DNA of 64,000 nucleotides from an uncultured Anaerolineales bacterium. GTDB lineage: Bacteria; Chloroflexota; Anaerolineae; B4-G1. A program made the position numbers and the translations under genes. Shown here piece by piece: positions 54,170 through 64,000 of the stretch. The notes beneath the pieces were generated by a model, which saw only the letters and a list, made by a program, of their open reading frames with translations, was not told where the DNA came from and ran no database searches. Within the stretch, counting starts at the first letter, position 1. The number at the start of each line of letters is the position of its first letter. The stretch is taken from contig CAZIWL010000001.1 in the NCBI GenBank assembly GCA_964542755.1, positions 48,234 through 112,233 of the forward strand, given 5' to 3'.

Positions 54170-55026
54170 AGAAAATTCTGGTGCAACTCGACAACGACGA
54201 ATCCGCGAGCGTCTTCGATACGGTAGCGGCCTACGATTCTGGCGTTGACAGTGTCCTCCAATATGCCAGTGTGGCACCGGAGGACGTGCAGAACCTGGTC
54301 TACGGGGCGATTTTCACTCGTGGACCGCAGGACTTGAAGAATTCCGCCGTGTTCATCGGGGGATCGGATGTCGCGGTTGGAGAGAAGATGCTGAAGATCG
54401 CTCAAGATTCCTTCATCGGGCCTCTGAAGGTCTCGGTGATGCTCGATGCCAACGGCTGCAATACTACAGCCGCTGCAGCCGTCGCTAAGATGCTCTCGTC
54501 GGCAGACCTCTCGGGGGAAAAAGTGGTCGTTCTGGCGGGAACGGGTCCCGTTGGGATACGGGCTGCAGCTCTCTTCGCCCAGGAGGGCGCGGAGGTTACA
54601 CTGACGTCACGGGATCAAGCGCGAGCGGAGGAGGCTGCGGCTTCCGTCAGCGCCCGGTTTGATGTGAAGGTTGCGGGTGTGGCAGCTGCGGAAGAAGAGG
54701 ACCTTCGTGCAGCCCTTGAGGGGGCACGCGGAGTACTCTCAGCCGGTGCCGCTGGTGTTACCCTGCTGCCGGAATCGGTCTGGATTGAGCACCCAACCCT
54801 TCAAGTGCTTGGCGACGTGAATGCGGTTCCACCCTTGGGCATAGAAGGCATCAAAGTCCACTGGAAGGCCAAGGAGAAGCATGGCAAGATCATCTACGGT
54901 GCCATCGGTATAGGCGACTTCAAGATGAAGGTCCATCATGCCAGTGTTGCTCGCCTCTTCGAGCAGAACGACTTGGTCCTGGATGCCGAAGAGGTGTACG
55001 CGACAGCGAAAGAACTGTCGAGCTAG
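54166..55026 (+). CDS. mtdA: NAD(P)-dependent methylene-tetrahydromethanopterin/tetrahydrofolate dehydrogenase
   Basis: GTGA overlap with the upstream gene and RBS AGGGAGG. About 286 aa. Motifs FDTVAAYD, DANGCNTTAAAAV and VVLAGTGPVG resemble Methylobacterium MtdA. Confidence 0.75.
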   Translation: MKKILVQLDNDESASVFDTVAAYDSGVDSVLQYASVAPEDVQNLVYGAIFTRGPQDLKNSAVFIGGSDVAVGEKMLKIAQDSFIGPLKVSVMLDANGCNTTAAAAVAKMLSSADLSGEKVVVLAGTGPVGIRAAALFAQEGAEVTLTSRDQARAEEAAASVSARFDVKVAGVAAAEEEDLRAALEGARGVLSAGAAGVTLLPESVWIEHPTLQVLGDVNAVPPLGIEGIKVHWKAKEKHGKIIYGAIGIGDFKMKVHHASVARLFEQNDLVLDAEEVYATAKELSS

Positions 55027-56210
55027 TGCGCGTTCTCATCGTCGGCCTTAGCACTCGAGCGATCGCCCAGTCCGCGTACGAGGCCGGCCATGACATCGTG
55101 ACGCTCGACTACTTTGGAGACAGCGACCAGCGAGCTCTCGTAGAGAACCACTCCCTGCTCCGCGACTACGATCTGGCATACGGCCCTGAAGCGTTGGTCC
55201 GGGTAGGCCGGGAGCTGGATGCTCAAGCCGTCGTCTACACCGCGGGCTTGGAGAATGATCCTTGGGCGGTTGCGGACCTGGCGGAGGGCCGAACACTTCT
55301 CGGAAACGAGCCCGATGTCCTCTGCCAGGTCCGCAACTGGGATGTCCTACGGGGATTCTTCCGGGACGCAGGGATCGGCTTTGCAGAGACACTTCTGCCG
55401 GGCGAGGAAGGATTGGCAGAGCACTGTGAGCGCTGGGTTCGCAAGCCGGTTCGGAGCGGAGGCGGTCGCGACGTTGACTACTGGGACGGCAGCGCGCTAG
55501 CCTGTCATCAGATTCTGCAGGCCTACGTCGATGGCGTTCCGGCGTCAGCTGCCTTTGTCGCCGACGGCGAGGATAGCCTCGTTATCGGCGTGACCGAGCA
55601 GTTGATCGGGCGTGAGGAGCTGGGAGCCGCCGGTTTCGCCTGGTGCGGCAATATGGTACCCTTGGAGCTTGCAAAGGCTGACCGGGAGATTGTGTGGCAC
55701 GACATCGCCACTGCCGTCTCGCGCTTGACGAAGCACTTCGGCCTACGGGGAGTGAACGGTGTGGACTTCGTCCTTCACCGGTGTGCTGATGGGCGTCCGC
55801 AGCCGGTTGTCGTGGAGGTTAACCCTCGCTACACGGCCTCGATGGAGCTTTTCGAATCGGCGTACGACGAGAGCATTTTCTCTCTCCACGTTGAGGCTGT
55901 GAAGGGTCATCTGCCAACCAGCCAGGATCAAGCACGCTGGAAACGGACGGATGGTTACCTCGGCAAGGCAATCGTCTTCGCAAAGCGGCCCGTGACCATG
56001 CCCGACACCGGGGGCTGGTTTGGCCTGGGCAGGCACGACGTGCCGCATACTGGGGAGCGGATAGAGGCCGGACATCCCGTATGCACGGTGTTCGCGCGGG
56101 GTGACGGACGTCGTGGTTGTTGGAGCGGTCTCCTGGAGGCGGCTGAAAGTGTACGTCGCGAAATTGGAGACCAGATTGGAGGAGTGACTTGGACGCAACG
56201 TTCAAGCTAG
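55026..56210 (+). CDS. ATP-grasp ligase (MptN- or MfnD-like, H4MPT or methanofuran biosynthesis)
   Basis: ATP-grasp fold in a C1-cofactor context; GTG start overlapping the mtdA stop. Confidence 0.55.
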   Translation: MRVLIVGLSTRAIAQSAYEAGHDIVTLDYFGDSDQRALVENHSLLRDYDLAYGPEALVRVGRELDAQAVVYTAGLENDPWAVADLAEGRTLLGNEPDVLCQVRNWDVLRGFFRDAGIGFAETLLPGEEGLAEHCERWVRKPVRSGGGRDVDYWDGSALACHQILQAYVDGVPASAAFVADGEDSLVIGVTEQLIGREELGAAGFAWCGNMVPLELAKADREIVWHDIATAVSRLTKHFGLRGVNGVDFVLHRCADGRPQPVVVEVNPRYTASMELFESAYDESIFSLHVEAVKGHLPTSQDQARWKRTDGYLGKAIVFAKRPVTMPDTGGWFGLGRHDVPHTGERIEAGHPVCTVFARGDGRRGCWSGLLEAAESVRREIGDQIGGVTWTQRSS

Positions 56211-56551
56211 TAACTGGGCGAACGCGCAGCCAGGCTGATGGGCTGCACAAAGGCAAGGGCACCGAAGCCTATCGACAGGCGACGGAACGCGTGGAGATGA
56301 ATCAGGGCGACATGGGTGCCTTGGGCCTCAACGAGGGGTCTACCGTGCATCTACGGACGGATGCTGGGAGCGTCGATGTGATGGTTTACCAGGGCGAGCT
56401 CCCGTCCGGTCTCCTGTTCATGCCGCTGGGTCCTGCGGCAAACCGTCTCATCGGCGTCGAGACGGACGCCACGGGCACCCCCCGCTACAAGGATCTTCCT
56501 GTCATCGTAGAGCGGTCGGTCCGGGAAGGAGAAGCGGCAAGCGATGGCTAA
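56189..56551 (+). CDS. formylmethanofuran dehydrogenase subunit D-like protein (small beta-barrel subunit)
   Basis: TTG start with GGAGGAG RBS; KLVTGRT..Q N-terminus typical of FwdD/FmdD. Confidence 0.65.
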   Translation: MDATFKLVTGRTRSQADGLHKGKGTEAYRQATERVEMNQGDMGALGLNEGSTVHLRTDAGSVDVMVYQGELPSGLLFMPLGPAANRLIGVETDATGTPRYKDLPVIVERSVREGEAASDG

Positions 56552-57818
56552 GGTAGTGGAGAACGCCGTCTGCACGTTCTGCGGTTGTCTATGTGACGAC
56601 ATCACTGTGGAGGTCGAGGGCAACGCCGTAAGCCAGGTCCGTCGCACGTGCGCCAATGGCCGAGGCGTCTTCATGCACTACGACCCTGCGCCCCGACAGC
56701 CAACTGTCCGCGGCGAGGAGGTCACCTGGGGCGAGGCAGTCGAGGAGGCGGCGACAATCCTCTCGGAGGCCCATAGTCCCCTGATCTATGGGCTCAGTTC
56801 GACGGCTAGCGAAGCCCAGCGGAAGTGCGTTGCGCTGGCCGACTACCTGGGCGCCGTGATCGACACAACGTCTTCGGTCTGTCACGGCCCTACCGGACTG
56901 GCGATGCAGGCCGTGGGTGAACCCACTTGCACCCTGGGCGAGGTGCGGAACCGCGCAGACCTGCTCGTCTTCTGGGGCTGCAATCCGGCGGCCGCCCACA
57001 TGCGCCACTTCAACCGGTACTCGGTTACCGCCCGCGGGCGACTTACACCGAACGGGAAGAGGGACCGGACGACCGTGGTGGTCGATGTCCGCCCGACGGC
57101 CAGCACGCGGATAGCCGATCAGTTCCTCCAAGTTGAGCTTGGAAGTGACTTTGAGGTGCTGACTACCCTGTTGGCCTTCGTCCAGGGCAAGGGGGACAGG
57201 CTCACGGCGGAGGAGGTCGGTGGAGTGCCCATGGCGGAGCTGGAAGCACTGGCCGAGCACATGATGAGCTGCCGGTTCGGGGTGGCCTTCATGGGTATGG
57301 GGTTGACCCACACCCCGGGCCAGGACTTGACCGTGAGCGAGTTGTTCAAGCTGGTTGCAGCCCTGAACGACCACACCCGATTCTCCGTGATTCCGATGCG
57401 CGGACATGGCAATGTCGCCGGTGCGGACCAGGTGATGAGCTGGCAGTGCGGTTATCCGTTTGCGGTCAATTTCGCCCGAGGGTATCCGGTTTATGGGCCC
57501 GGGGAGTTCACGGCGGTCGACGTGCTCGCCCGCCAGGAGGCGGACGCCGCTTTGATTCTGGCCTCTGATCCCGTTGCCCATTTCCCACGCAGGGCGGCTG
57601 ATGAATTGGGGAAGATACCGGTCGTGGTCCTAGACCCGATGCCGAGTCTGACGACTGAGATAGCCTCGGTTGTCTTCCCCACGGCGTGCTACGGGGTAGA
57701 GGCGAAGGGTACGGCCTACCGCATGGACGGCGTACCCATTCAGCTACGGGCGGTGCTGCCGACCACCCGTCCGACCGATGAGGAGATCCTGGATCAGATT
57801 ACTGAGGCGGTGAGATGA
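56544..57818 (+). CDS. fhcB: formyltransferase/hydrolase complex subunit B (FwdB homolog)
   Basis: CTFCGCLCDD N-terminal motif and a molybdopterin-oxidoreductase-like fold. Confidence 0.8.
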   Translation: MAKVVENAVCTFCGCLCDDITVEVEGNAVSQVRRTCANGRGVFMHYDPAPRQPTVRGEEVTWGEAVEEAATILSEAHSPLIYGLSSTASEAQRKCVALADYLGAVIDTTSSVCHGPTGLAMQAVGEPTCTLGEVRNRADLLVFWGCNPAAAHMRHFNRYSVTARGRLTPNGKRDRTTVVVDVRPTASTRIADQFLQVELGSDFEVLTTLLAFVQGKGDRLTAEEVGGVPMAELEALAEHMMSCRFGVAFMGMGLTHTPGQDLTVSELFKLVAALNDHTRFSVIPMRGHGNVAGADQVMSWQCGYPFAVNFARGYPVYGPGEFTAVDVLARQEADAALILASDPVAHFPRRAADELGKIPVVVLDPMPSLTTEIASVVFPTACYGVEAKGTAYRMDGVPIQLRAVLPTTRPTDEEILDQITEAVR

Positions 57819-59455
57819 TGTTGGGGATTTTGAACGGGCGCGTTTACGATCCGATCCACGAGGTTGATGGGGAGGTGCAGGATGTGTGGATGGACGACGG
57901 GAAAATCGTCCCTCCCCCCGCAACCGAGGAGGCGAGACGCCAGGCCAGGACCATCGACGCTACAGGCCTCGTCGTTATGGCCGGAGGCGTGGACGTTCAC
58001 AGCCACATCGCGGGCGCCAAGGTCAATGCCGGCCGAAAGTTCCGGCCGGAGGACCACCGCGACCACGTCCGCGCGCGCACCCCTCTGACGCGCTCTGGCG
58101 CGGGCTACACCACACCGACCACGGCGATGATGGGCTACCTCTACGCCGAGATGGGTTACACGACCGTGATGGAGGCCGCGACGGCCCCACTGGTGGCGCG
58201 TCACACTCATGAGGAGCTGGAGGACATACCGATTCTGGACACCGGGGCCTATATCACCATGGGCAACAATCACTTCATCATGGAGTCCATACGCCGCGGG
58301 GAACGGGAGAAGGCTAGGGACTACGTGGCATGGCTGTTGCGGGCGACGAAGGGATATGCGATCAAGATCGTCAATCCCGGCGGTGTCGAGAACTGGAAGT
58401 GGCGCGGCAACGTCAAGGAACTGGACGACGAGGTGATTGGTTTCGAGGTCACCCCGCGTCAGATTCTGGAGACGCTCGCCTGGGTCAACGATGAGCTAGG
58501 CCTGCCGCACGTCCCGCATATCCACGGCCTCAATCTGGGGCAGGGTGGCAACGCCCGCACGACGGTCGAGACGATCAGGGCCCTCGACGGGCGCCCGTGC
58601 CACTTCTGCCATCTGCAGTTTTTGAGCTATGAGGGAGAACCCGATACGTTGCCCCGCTCGGGGGCGGTACAGGTGGCTCAAGCGGTCAACGAGCATAGGA
58701 ACGTTACGATCGACGTGGGACAGGTCGTCTTTGGTTCTGCCACCACAATGACGTCCGACGGCCCTCTCCAGTACCATCTCCACCGGCTCACGGGGGACAA
58801 GTGGCTCAACGATGATGTGGAGGCCGAGACCGGCGGTGGCCTCGTGCCAATGGAGTACGCGCCGAGGAACGCCGCCAACGCAACCCAGTGGGCCACAGGC
58901 CTGGAGTTGTTCCTGCTCATTGATGATCCCTGGCGGGTCTTCCTGACCACCGATCATCCCAACGCCGGTCCTTTCTTCCGTTATCCTTACGTCATCAAGC
59001 TGCTCATGGATCGTCAGGCACGCGCAGAAGCTTTCGAAGAGATCAGCCCCAGGGTCCGGAAGCGCTCGACTCTCGGGCAGCTGGAGCGAGAGTATTCGCT
59101 CTATGAGATCGCCATCATTACTCGGGCTGGTACTGCGCGCGCCCTGGGTCTGGACAACAAGGGGCACCTGGGCGTCGGTGCGGACGCTGATGTGGCTGTC
59201 TATGTCGACTTGGATGATCGGGAGGAGATGTTTGCGTCGCCGCGGTACGTGATCAAGGATGGGGAGATCGTCGTCCAGGATGGCAAGGTGGTGCGCGAGC
59301 AGCAGGGCCGAACCCTCTACGTTGAGCCTGCGTACGATCGCGGCATAGAGAAAGAGCTGCGGGATTACTTCCGGGACTACTACACCATCCAGTTCGATAA
59401 CTACCCGGTGTCACCTGACTATGTGCCCCGCGGGGAGGTCGTCGCGTGTCGCTAG
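57815..59455 (+). CDS. fhcA: formyltransferase/hydrolase complex subunit A (FwdA homolog, amidohydrolase)
   Basis: ATGA overlap; amidohydrolase metal motifs GGVDVHSHI...HIHGLNLGQGG. Confidence 0.8.
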   Translation: MMLGILNGRVYDPIHEVDGEVQDVWMDDGKIVPPPATEEARRQARTIDATGLVVMAGGVDVHSHIAGAKVNAGRKFRPEDHRDHVRARTPLTRSGAGYTTPTTAMMGYLYAEMGYTTVMEAATAPLVARHTHEELEDIPILDTGAYITMGNNHFIMESIRRGEREKARDYVAWLLRATKGYAIKIVNPGGVENWKWRGNVKELDDEVIGFEVTPRQILETLAWVNDELGLPHVPHIHGLNLGQGGNARTTVETIRALDGRPCHFCHLQFLSYEGEPDTLPRSGAVQVAQAVNEHRNVTIDVGQVVFGSATTMTSDGPLQYHLHRLTGDKWLNDDVEAETGGGLVPMEYAPRNAANATQWATGLELFLLIDDPWRVFLTTDHPNAGPFFRYPYVIKLLMDRQARAEAFEEISPRVRKRSTLGQLEREYSLYEIAIITRAGTARALGLDNKGHLGVGADADVAVYVDLDDREEMFASPRYVIKDGEIVVQDGKVVREQQGRTLYVEPAYDRGIEKELRDYFRDYYTIQFDNYPVSPDYVPRGEVVACR

Positions 59456-59491
59456 ATAACCAGGGGGTCGCGAGTGTGCTGGTGAGCACGG

Positions 59492-60862
59492 ATGCGAGGG
59501 CCGGCGGTTTCCGGCCGAGGCGTCGTGGCTGATTACCTCTTCGTCACAGGCAAGCTGGCCGCCGACGCGCTCCGGGATACGTTGGAGGGAATGGAGCCGG
59601 GATTCGACTATCGGATCGAGGAGCTTCCCCTCTCCGTGGCAGCCCTGATGCACGCCGGCTGGATCGCCCGGCACCTGGATGGAGCCCGTGGGTGCGACAA
59701 GGTCATGCTCAGCGGCTGGGTGCAGGGCGACCTTGCGGTGATCGAGGAGAAGGTCGGCGTCCCGGTGATCCTGGGCCCCAAGGACCTCAAGGATATTCCC
59801 GTTTTCTTCGGCGGCGAGCGCGTGCTTCCAGGGTACGGCGAATATGATGTGCAGATCCTGGCCGAGATCGTCGAGGCCTACCAGATGTCGTGGGAGGATG
59901 TCCTGGCCCGGGCCGAGTACTTCCGGGACAGCGGCGCGGATGTCATCGACCTGGGCTGCCCGGTGGGGATGGATGAGGGATTCCCCGGTGTGGGCGGGGT
60001 CGTCCGTCAGCTGAAGGCGCACGGTTTCACGGTCAGTCTGGACACCTTTCACCACGAGACCATCCGCCGCGCTGATGAGGCCGGGCTTGATATGCTCCTC
60101 AGCGTGAATAGCACAAACATGCATCTGGTGCCGGAGCTGGACTGCCGAGTGGTCGTCATACCGGATTTCGACCAGGGTTTGGAATCGCTCGAGCGCAATA
60201 TTGCCCAGCTTGAGGCTTGGGGCGTATCCTATATCATCGATCCCATCGTCAATCCCATCAATTTCGGCTTTGCCGAGTGCTTGCAGCGGTTCTACGAGAC
60301 ACGTCGACGCCACCCGGATGCCGAGATGCTAATGGGGGTGGCGAATCTCGTGGAGCTGACCGACGCCGACAGCACGGGCGTCAACGCTGTCATGGCTGGT
60401 TTTGTCCAGGAGCTGGGTATCGACTACGTCCTGATGACCGAGGTGATCAGCTGGGCGCGGGGCGCCGTCCGCGAGTTCGACCTGGCGCGGAAGCTGATGC
60501 ATTACGCCGCCCGGAACAACGTGCTGCCCAAGCACGTGGACGATGGCCTGATCACGGTCAAGGACCCGCCCTATGAGCCCTATACGGAGCCCGAGCTCCG
60601 GGTCATGCAGAAGCGGGTGCGCGACAAGAACCTCCGAATCTTCGTGACCGAGGACGCCATATGCATTTTCGACCGCTCCCGATTCGTTCAGGGCACCGAT
60701 CCGCAGGCACTCTTCGACCAACTGGAGATTCGGGACGGAGGGCACGGTTTCTACGTCGGCCGTGAACTCGAGCGGGCGGCCCTGGCGCTCCGACTTGGCA
60801 AGAAGTACACCCAGGAGATGCCCCTACGGTGGGGCTACCTCTCCGACGGCTGGGGTGAATGA
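59492..60862 (+). CDS. dihydropteroate-synthase-like protein of H4MPT biosynthesis (archaeal MJ0301-type)
   Basis: Pterin-binding TIM-barrel-like core (DVIDLGC, GFTVSLDTFH) plus a C-terminal extension. Start is uncertain; GTG alternatives lie downstream. Confidence 0.6.
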   Translation: MRGPAVSGRGVVADYLFVTGKLAADALRDTLEGMEPGFDYRIEELPLSVAALMHAGWIARHLDGARGCDKVMLSGWVQGDLAVIEEKVGVPVILGPKDLKDIPVFFGGERVLPGYGEYDVQILAEIVEAYQMSWEDVLARAEYFRDSGADVIDLGCPVGMDEGFPGVGGVVRQLKAHGFTVSLDTFHHETIRRADEAGLDMLLSVNSTNMHLVPELDCRVVVIPDFDQGLESLERNIAQLEAWGVSYIIDPIVNPINFGFAECLQRFYETRRRHPDAEMLMGVANLVELTDADSTGVNAVMAGFVQELGIDYVLMTEVISWARGAVREFDLARKLMHYAARNNVLPKHVDDGLITVKDPPYEPYTEPELRVMQKRVRDKNLRIFVTEDAICIFDRSRFVQGTDPQALFDQLEIRDGGHGFYVGRELERAALALRLGKKYTQEMPLRWGYLSDGWGE

Positions 60863-61422
60863 TCATCGAGACCTTGTTCGCAACGTTTAGCGACGCGGGA
60901 GAGCCCAACTTCGCACCAATGGGTGTGGTGTGGGGAGAGGACGAGGTGACCGTGCGGCCCTTTCGCGATACTACCACGTACCGAAACCTCGTCAGCACCT
61001 CGTGCGGCGTGGCGAATCTCACCGACGATGTCCTGCTCTTTGCCCAAGCCGCGCTCGAGGACGTCGAGCCTCCCTGGCGTCCCGCTTCTCACGTCAGAGG
61101 CGCCGTGCTCCGCAGTGCATGCGCGTGGAGAGAGCTGGAGGTCATCGATGAGAGAGGCCAGGGCACGCGGGCAGACATCAGATGCCGTGTCGTGGGGCGA
61201 GGGAACCAGCGCGAGTTCGTGGGTTTCAGTCGAGCGCGGAGCGCCGTGATCGAGGCAGCCATCCTCGCTACTAGACTCCATCTGTACCCACGGAAGGACG
61301 TTGAAGGGGCCCTCGAGCGGTATGATGATGTCGTAGCCAAGACTGGCGGGGAACGAGAACACGAGGCTATGCGGTATCTGCAGAGTTACGTGACAAGGTG
61401 GTACGGTGAGAATAAGGATTGA
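60859..61422 (+). CDS. DUF447-family protein (H4MPT-linked)
   Basis: Overlapping start; size and context match the DUF447 proteins found in methylotroph H4MPT clusters. Confidence 0.5.
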   Translation: MIIETLFATFSDAGEPNFAPMGVVWGEDEVTVRPFRDTTTYRNLVSTSCGVANLTDDVLLFAQAALEDVEPPWRPASHVRGAVLRSACAWRELEVIDERGQGTRADIRCRVVGRGNQREFVGFSRARSAVIEAAILATRLHLYPRKDVEGALERYDDVVAKTGGEREHEAMRYLQSYVTRWYGENKD

Positions 61423-62374
61423 GACTGCAGCCCGTCTACACATGGGCTTCTTGGACATGCACGGGGGCCTTGGGCGCCGTTTCGGTAGCCTGGGTGTGGG
61501 GCTGGAAAAGCCTCGACTAGTCCTCGAGGCAGCACCTGCGCCAGAGTTGACCTGTGAGGGACCCGGCGCCGAAGCCGCTCTAGAGTTCGCAGAGTGCTAC
61601 TGCCAGGCTTTCTTGTCCTGTGGAGGTGAAGTACCTGTCAAAGCGCACATACGAATCGTGGAGATGATTCCTCGCCACGTCGGCCTTGGGTCGGGCACGC
61701 AGTTGGCGCTGGCCGTGGGAACTGCCCTGGCCCGGCTCGGCGGCATCGAAGCCGGGGTGAGCAACCTTGCCCTGGCGATGGGTCGTGGACGCCGCTCCCG
61801 CGTGGGGATCGGTTCCTTTGAGGCTGGCGGCTTCATGGTGGATGGGGGAAGGCGTGTGGGCGAAGAGGCGCTTCCGCCCATCCTCCTGCGCCGCGCTTTG
61901 CCCCGTGATTGGCGCTTCGTCGTTGTCACGCCGGAGGTGGAACCCGGCCTATGCGGTGAGCACGAGGATCAGGCCTTCGATGAGTTGGCTCGACCCTCTG
62001 AGGAGCGCGCCGGTCGGATCGCCCGTCTCCTGGTGATGAGTATGCTCCCCGCACTGGTCGAGAACGACATTGAAAGCTTCGGGGCTGCCCTGACGGATAT
62101 CCAGCGGCTGGTCGGGGATAGCTTCTCGCCTGTTCAAGGCGGCCGCTACGCGAATCGGGTGTCGGGTAGACTCATAGATGATCTCCTCGCACTGGGGGCT
62201 GTGGGGGCCGGTCAGAGCTCCTGGGGCCCAACGGTCTATGGCCTGGTGCGCGGAGAGAACGCGGCACGCACTCTGAAGCAGGAGTTGGAGAGGGGGTCGG
62301 ACGGGAAGCAGTTGACGATCCATATTAGCGGGGCCTCTGAACGCGGAGCGCGCGTGACCGAGCTTCTGCGCTGA
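61406..62374 (+). CDS. mptG: beta-ribofuranosylaminobenzene 5'-phosphate synthase (GHMP-kinase fold)
   Basis: GTG start; GHMP motif IPRHVGLGSGTQLALAVGTAL; H4MPT biosynthesis context. Confidence 0.7.
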   Translation: MRIRIETAARLHMGFLDMHGGLGRRFGSLGVGLEKPRLVLEAAPAPELTCEGPGAEAALEFAECYCQAFLSCGGEVPVKAHIRIVEMIPRHVGLGSGTQLALAVGTALARLGGIEAGVSNLALAMGRGRRSRVGIGSFEAGGFMVDGGRRVGEEALPPILLRRALPRDWRFVVVTPEVEPGLCGEHEDQAFDELARPSEERAGRIARLLVMSMLPALVENDIESFGAALTDIQRLVGDSFSPVQGGRYANRVSGRLIDDLLALGAVGAGQSSWGPTVYGLVRGENAARTLKQELERGSDGKQLTIHISGASERGARVTELLR

Positions 62375-62452
62375 TAGTACTCATCGTGTATGGTGTGCCC
62401 GTCGAGTTCAATGGGCAAAGAGGCCGTAGACTGGGATTGGAGATGGAGTAGG

Positions 62453-63346
62453 ATGTACGTGAACGACGTCGAGATCATAGATACTTTTGCCGAGGCCTTC
62501 GACATGTGGGGGGCTCGACTCATCGTCACGGCGGCCAACGAGAAGTGGGCGCGGATCGCTGGCGAGAATGCCACCGGATTCGCCACGTCCGTCATCGCCT
62601 GTGGCGCCGAGGCCGGCATCGAGCGGTCGGTCCCGGCGGCGGAGACTCCAGATGGTCGGCCCGGAGTGAGTCTTCTCGTCTTCACGATGGGACCGAAGGG
62701 TATGAAGAAGCAGCTGATGGGACGGGTAGGTCAGTCCATCATGACCTGCGCGACAACAGCCTGTTTCGATGGGCTGGAGGATGGTCAGAAGACGGTGGAG
62801 GTCGGCGGCGACCTGCGCTACTTTGGAGACGGGTATCAGATCAGCAAGCTCCTCGAGGGGCGTCGGCTGTGGCGCATCCCCGTCATGGAGGGTGAGTTTG
62901 TCGTCGACGAGAGCTTCAATATCCAGCAGAGCGTCGGGGGCGGCAACTTCCTCATCCTAGGCGAGAACCCAGCGGTTACACTGGAAGCGGCCGAGGCAGC
63001 TGTGGAGGCTATCGCGGATATCCCTGGTGTCGTGATGCCCTTCCCGGGTGGCATCGTGCGCAGCGGGAGCAAGACGACGTCGAAGTACTCGTTCCTGCGC
63101 GCCTCCACCAACAGCCCCTACTGCCCTGTGCTCCGCGGGCAGGTGGAAACTGCCCTCCCGGAGGGCGTCAACTCGGTGTTGGAGATTGTGATCGACGGAC
63201 TGAGCGAGCGGGACATTGCGCGGGCGACTGCTGTGGGCATCCGGGCCGCGTGCCGGCCCGGGGTCAGTCGCATCACGGCTGGGAACTACGGCGGCACTTT
63301 GGGCCGCTACCAGTTCCATCTACACGACGTTCTCAACCGCTGGTAG
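62453..63346 (+). CDS. ftr: formylmethanofuran:tetrahydromethanopterin formyltransferase (Ftr/FhcD)
   Basis: MYVNDVEIIDTFAEAFDMWGARLIVTA closely matches the Ftr N-terminus. Confidence 0.85.
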   Translation: MYVNDVEIIDTFAEAFDMWGARLIVTAANEKWARIAGENATGFATSVIACGAEAGIERSVPAAETPDGRPGVSLLVFTMGPKGMKKQLMGRVGQSIMTCATTACFDGLEDGQKTVEVGGDLRYFGDGYQISKLLEGRRLWRIPVMEGEFVVDESFNIQQSVGGGNFLILGENPAVTLEAAEAAVEAIADIPGVVMPFPGGIVRSGSKTTSKYSFLRASTNSPYCPVLRGQVETALPEGVNSVLEIVIDGLSERDIARATAVGIRAACRPGVSRITAGNYGGTLGRYQFHLHDVLNRW

Positions 63347-63461
63347 ATGGGCGGTCGATTCTGGGCCCGTTGCCCCGGGCAGACCGCGATTCAGGTTTCG
63401 TCCGCCCTCTCTAGTCCGGGGGCGCTGGCACGGGCCGTCGTGAGCAGCAAGGAGAGCAGCT

Positions 63462-64000
63462 TTGTTTTCAGGTACTGAAGATAGTCACGAGACGCGCAAG
63501 ACGGCGACGACACTCACGCGTCGGGAGTCGACGACGATCCCCATTGAGGCCGATGCCATCTCTCCCGATCACTTTGTCGGTCTCGAGCTTGCGGAGATCG
63601 AACGCCTGCCGCTCTGGTATGGGCGACGCAAGGTACCCTTGGGCGAGCTCTTCTCAGTCGAGCTCGGCGACCCCAACGATATCCATATCCAGGGTGACCT
63701 TGATCACGTGAAGCGCGTCGGCCAGAACATGAGCCATGGTCGGATCACAGTGCACGGAGATGTTGGGATGCACCTGGGCGCCGGGATGACCGGGGGCCAG
63801 ATCGTCGTCCAGGGCAACGTCGGCGCTCGGGCAGGAGCCCACATGATCGATGGCTCGATCTGGATCCATGGGGATGCCGGGCCGATGTTGGGAGGGGCAT
63901 ACGCCGGCGAGAAACTGGGCATGAAAGGCGGCGTCATCATTGTGGATGGGGATGCGGGCTCCAGGGCTGCCGAGAGGATGCGGCGGGGCATCATCGTGGT
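63462..64000 (+). CDS. fhcC: FwdC/FhcC-like subunit (GXGXG beta-helix repeats); 3' truncated by the window edge
   Basis: TTG start with AAGGAG 7 nt upstream; repeats GDVGMHLGAGMTGGQIVVQGNVGARAG...GDAGPMLGGAY. The ORF runs off the end of the window. Confidence 0.7.
   Translation, partial: MFSGTEDSHETRKTATTLTRRESTTIPIEADAISPDHFVGLELAEIERLPLWYGRRKVPLGELFSVELGDPNDIHIQGDLDHVKRVGQNMSHGRITVHGDVGMHLGAGMTGGQIVVQGNVGARAGAHMIDGSIWIHGDAGPMLGGAYAGEKLGMKGGVIIVDGDAGSRAAERMRRGIIV

Overview
High-GC bacterial chromosomal window. T-box control of pheST, PMT_2-type glycosyltransferase expansion and an H4MPT C1 module suggest a Chloroflexi-like organism; this is inference. Gene order from 5' to 3': a sensor histidine-kinase 3' end followed by degenerate HATPase fragments; fmdB; a TPR lipoprotein; a UPF0173 hydrolase with a leaderless-type promoter; lpdA; phoU; a sugar-type ABC solute-binding protein. 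A 17-kb operon of 8 translationally coupled GT-C glycosyltransferase paralogs follows (8662..25659). Seven are PMT_2/ArnT-like with a conserved periplasmic DE motif and a recurring C-terminal domain. Then come a secreted DUF11/Fn3 protein, a flippase-like membrane protein, a TrmH-family methyltransferase, a Phe T-box leader plus pheS and pheT, holA, a membrane metalloprotease, an L,D-transpeptidase, mevalonate kinase and selB. The last 16 kb is a tetrahydromethanopterin/methanofuran-dependent C1 cluster: an MtdA-like dehydrogenase, Fhc/Fwd-like subunits D, B, A and C, Ftr, beta-RFAP synthase MptG, a DHPS-like protein, DUF447 and an ATP-grasp ligase. Inside it sit two paralogous unknown large proteins of 531 and 609 aa, a flavoprotein, a small zinc-ribbon protein and a standalone LarC C-terminal-like domain. 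The most unusual signal is a pair of paralogous leader modules, one before each unknown gene. Each has a consensus TTGACA-17-TATAAT promoter, a shared roughly 30-nt motif (GCTACCCTRCGGATGGGAYTG...) and a strong intrinsic terminator. I read these as a candidate undescribed riboswitch or sRNA class. No CRISPR arrays, transposases, integrases, tRNA or rRNA genes were recognised.
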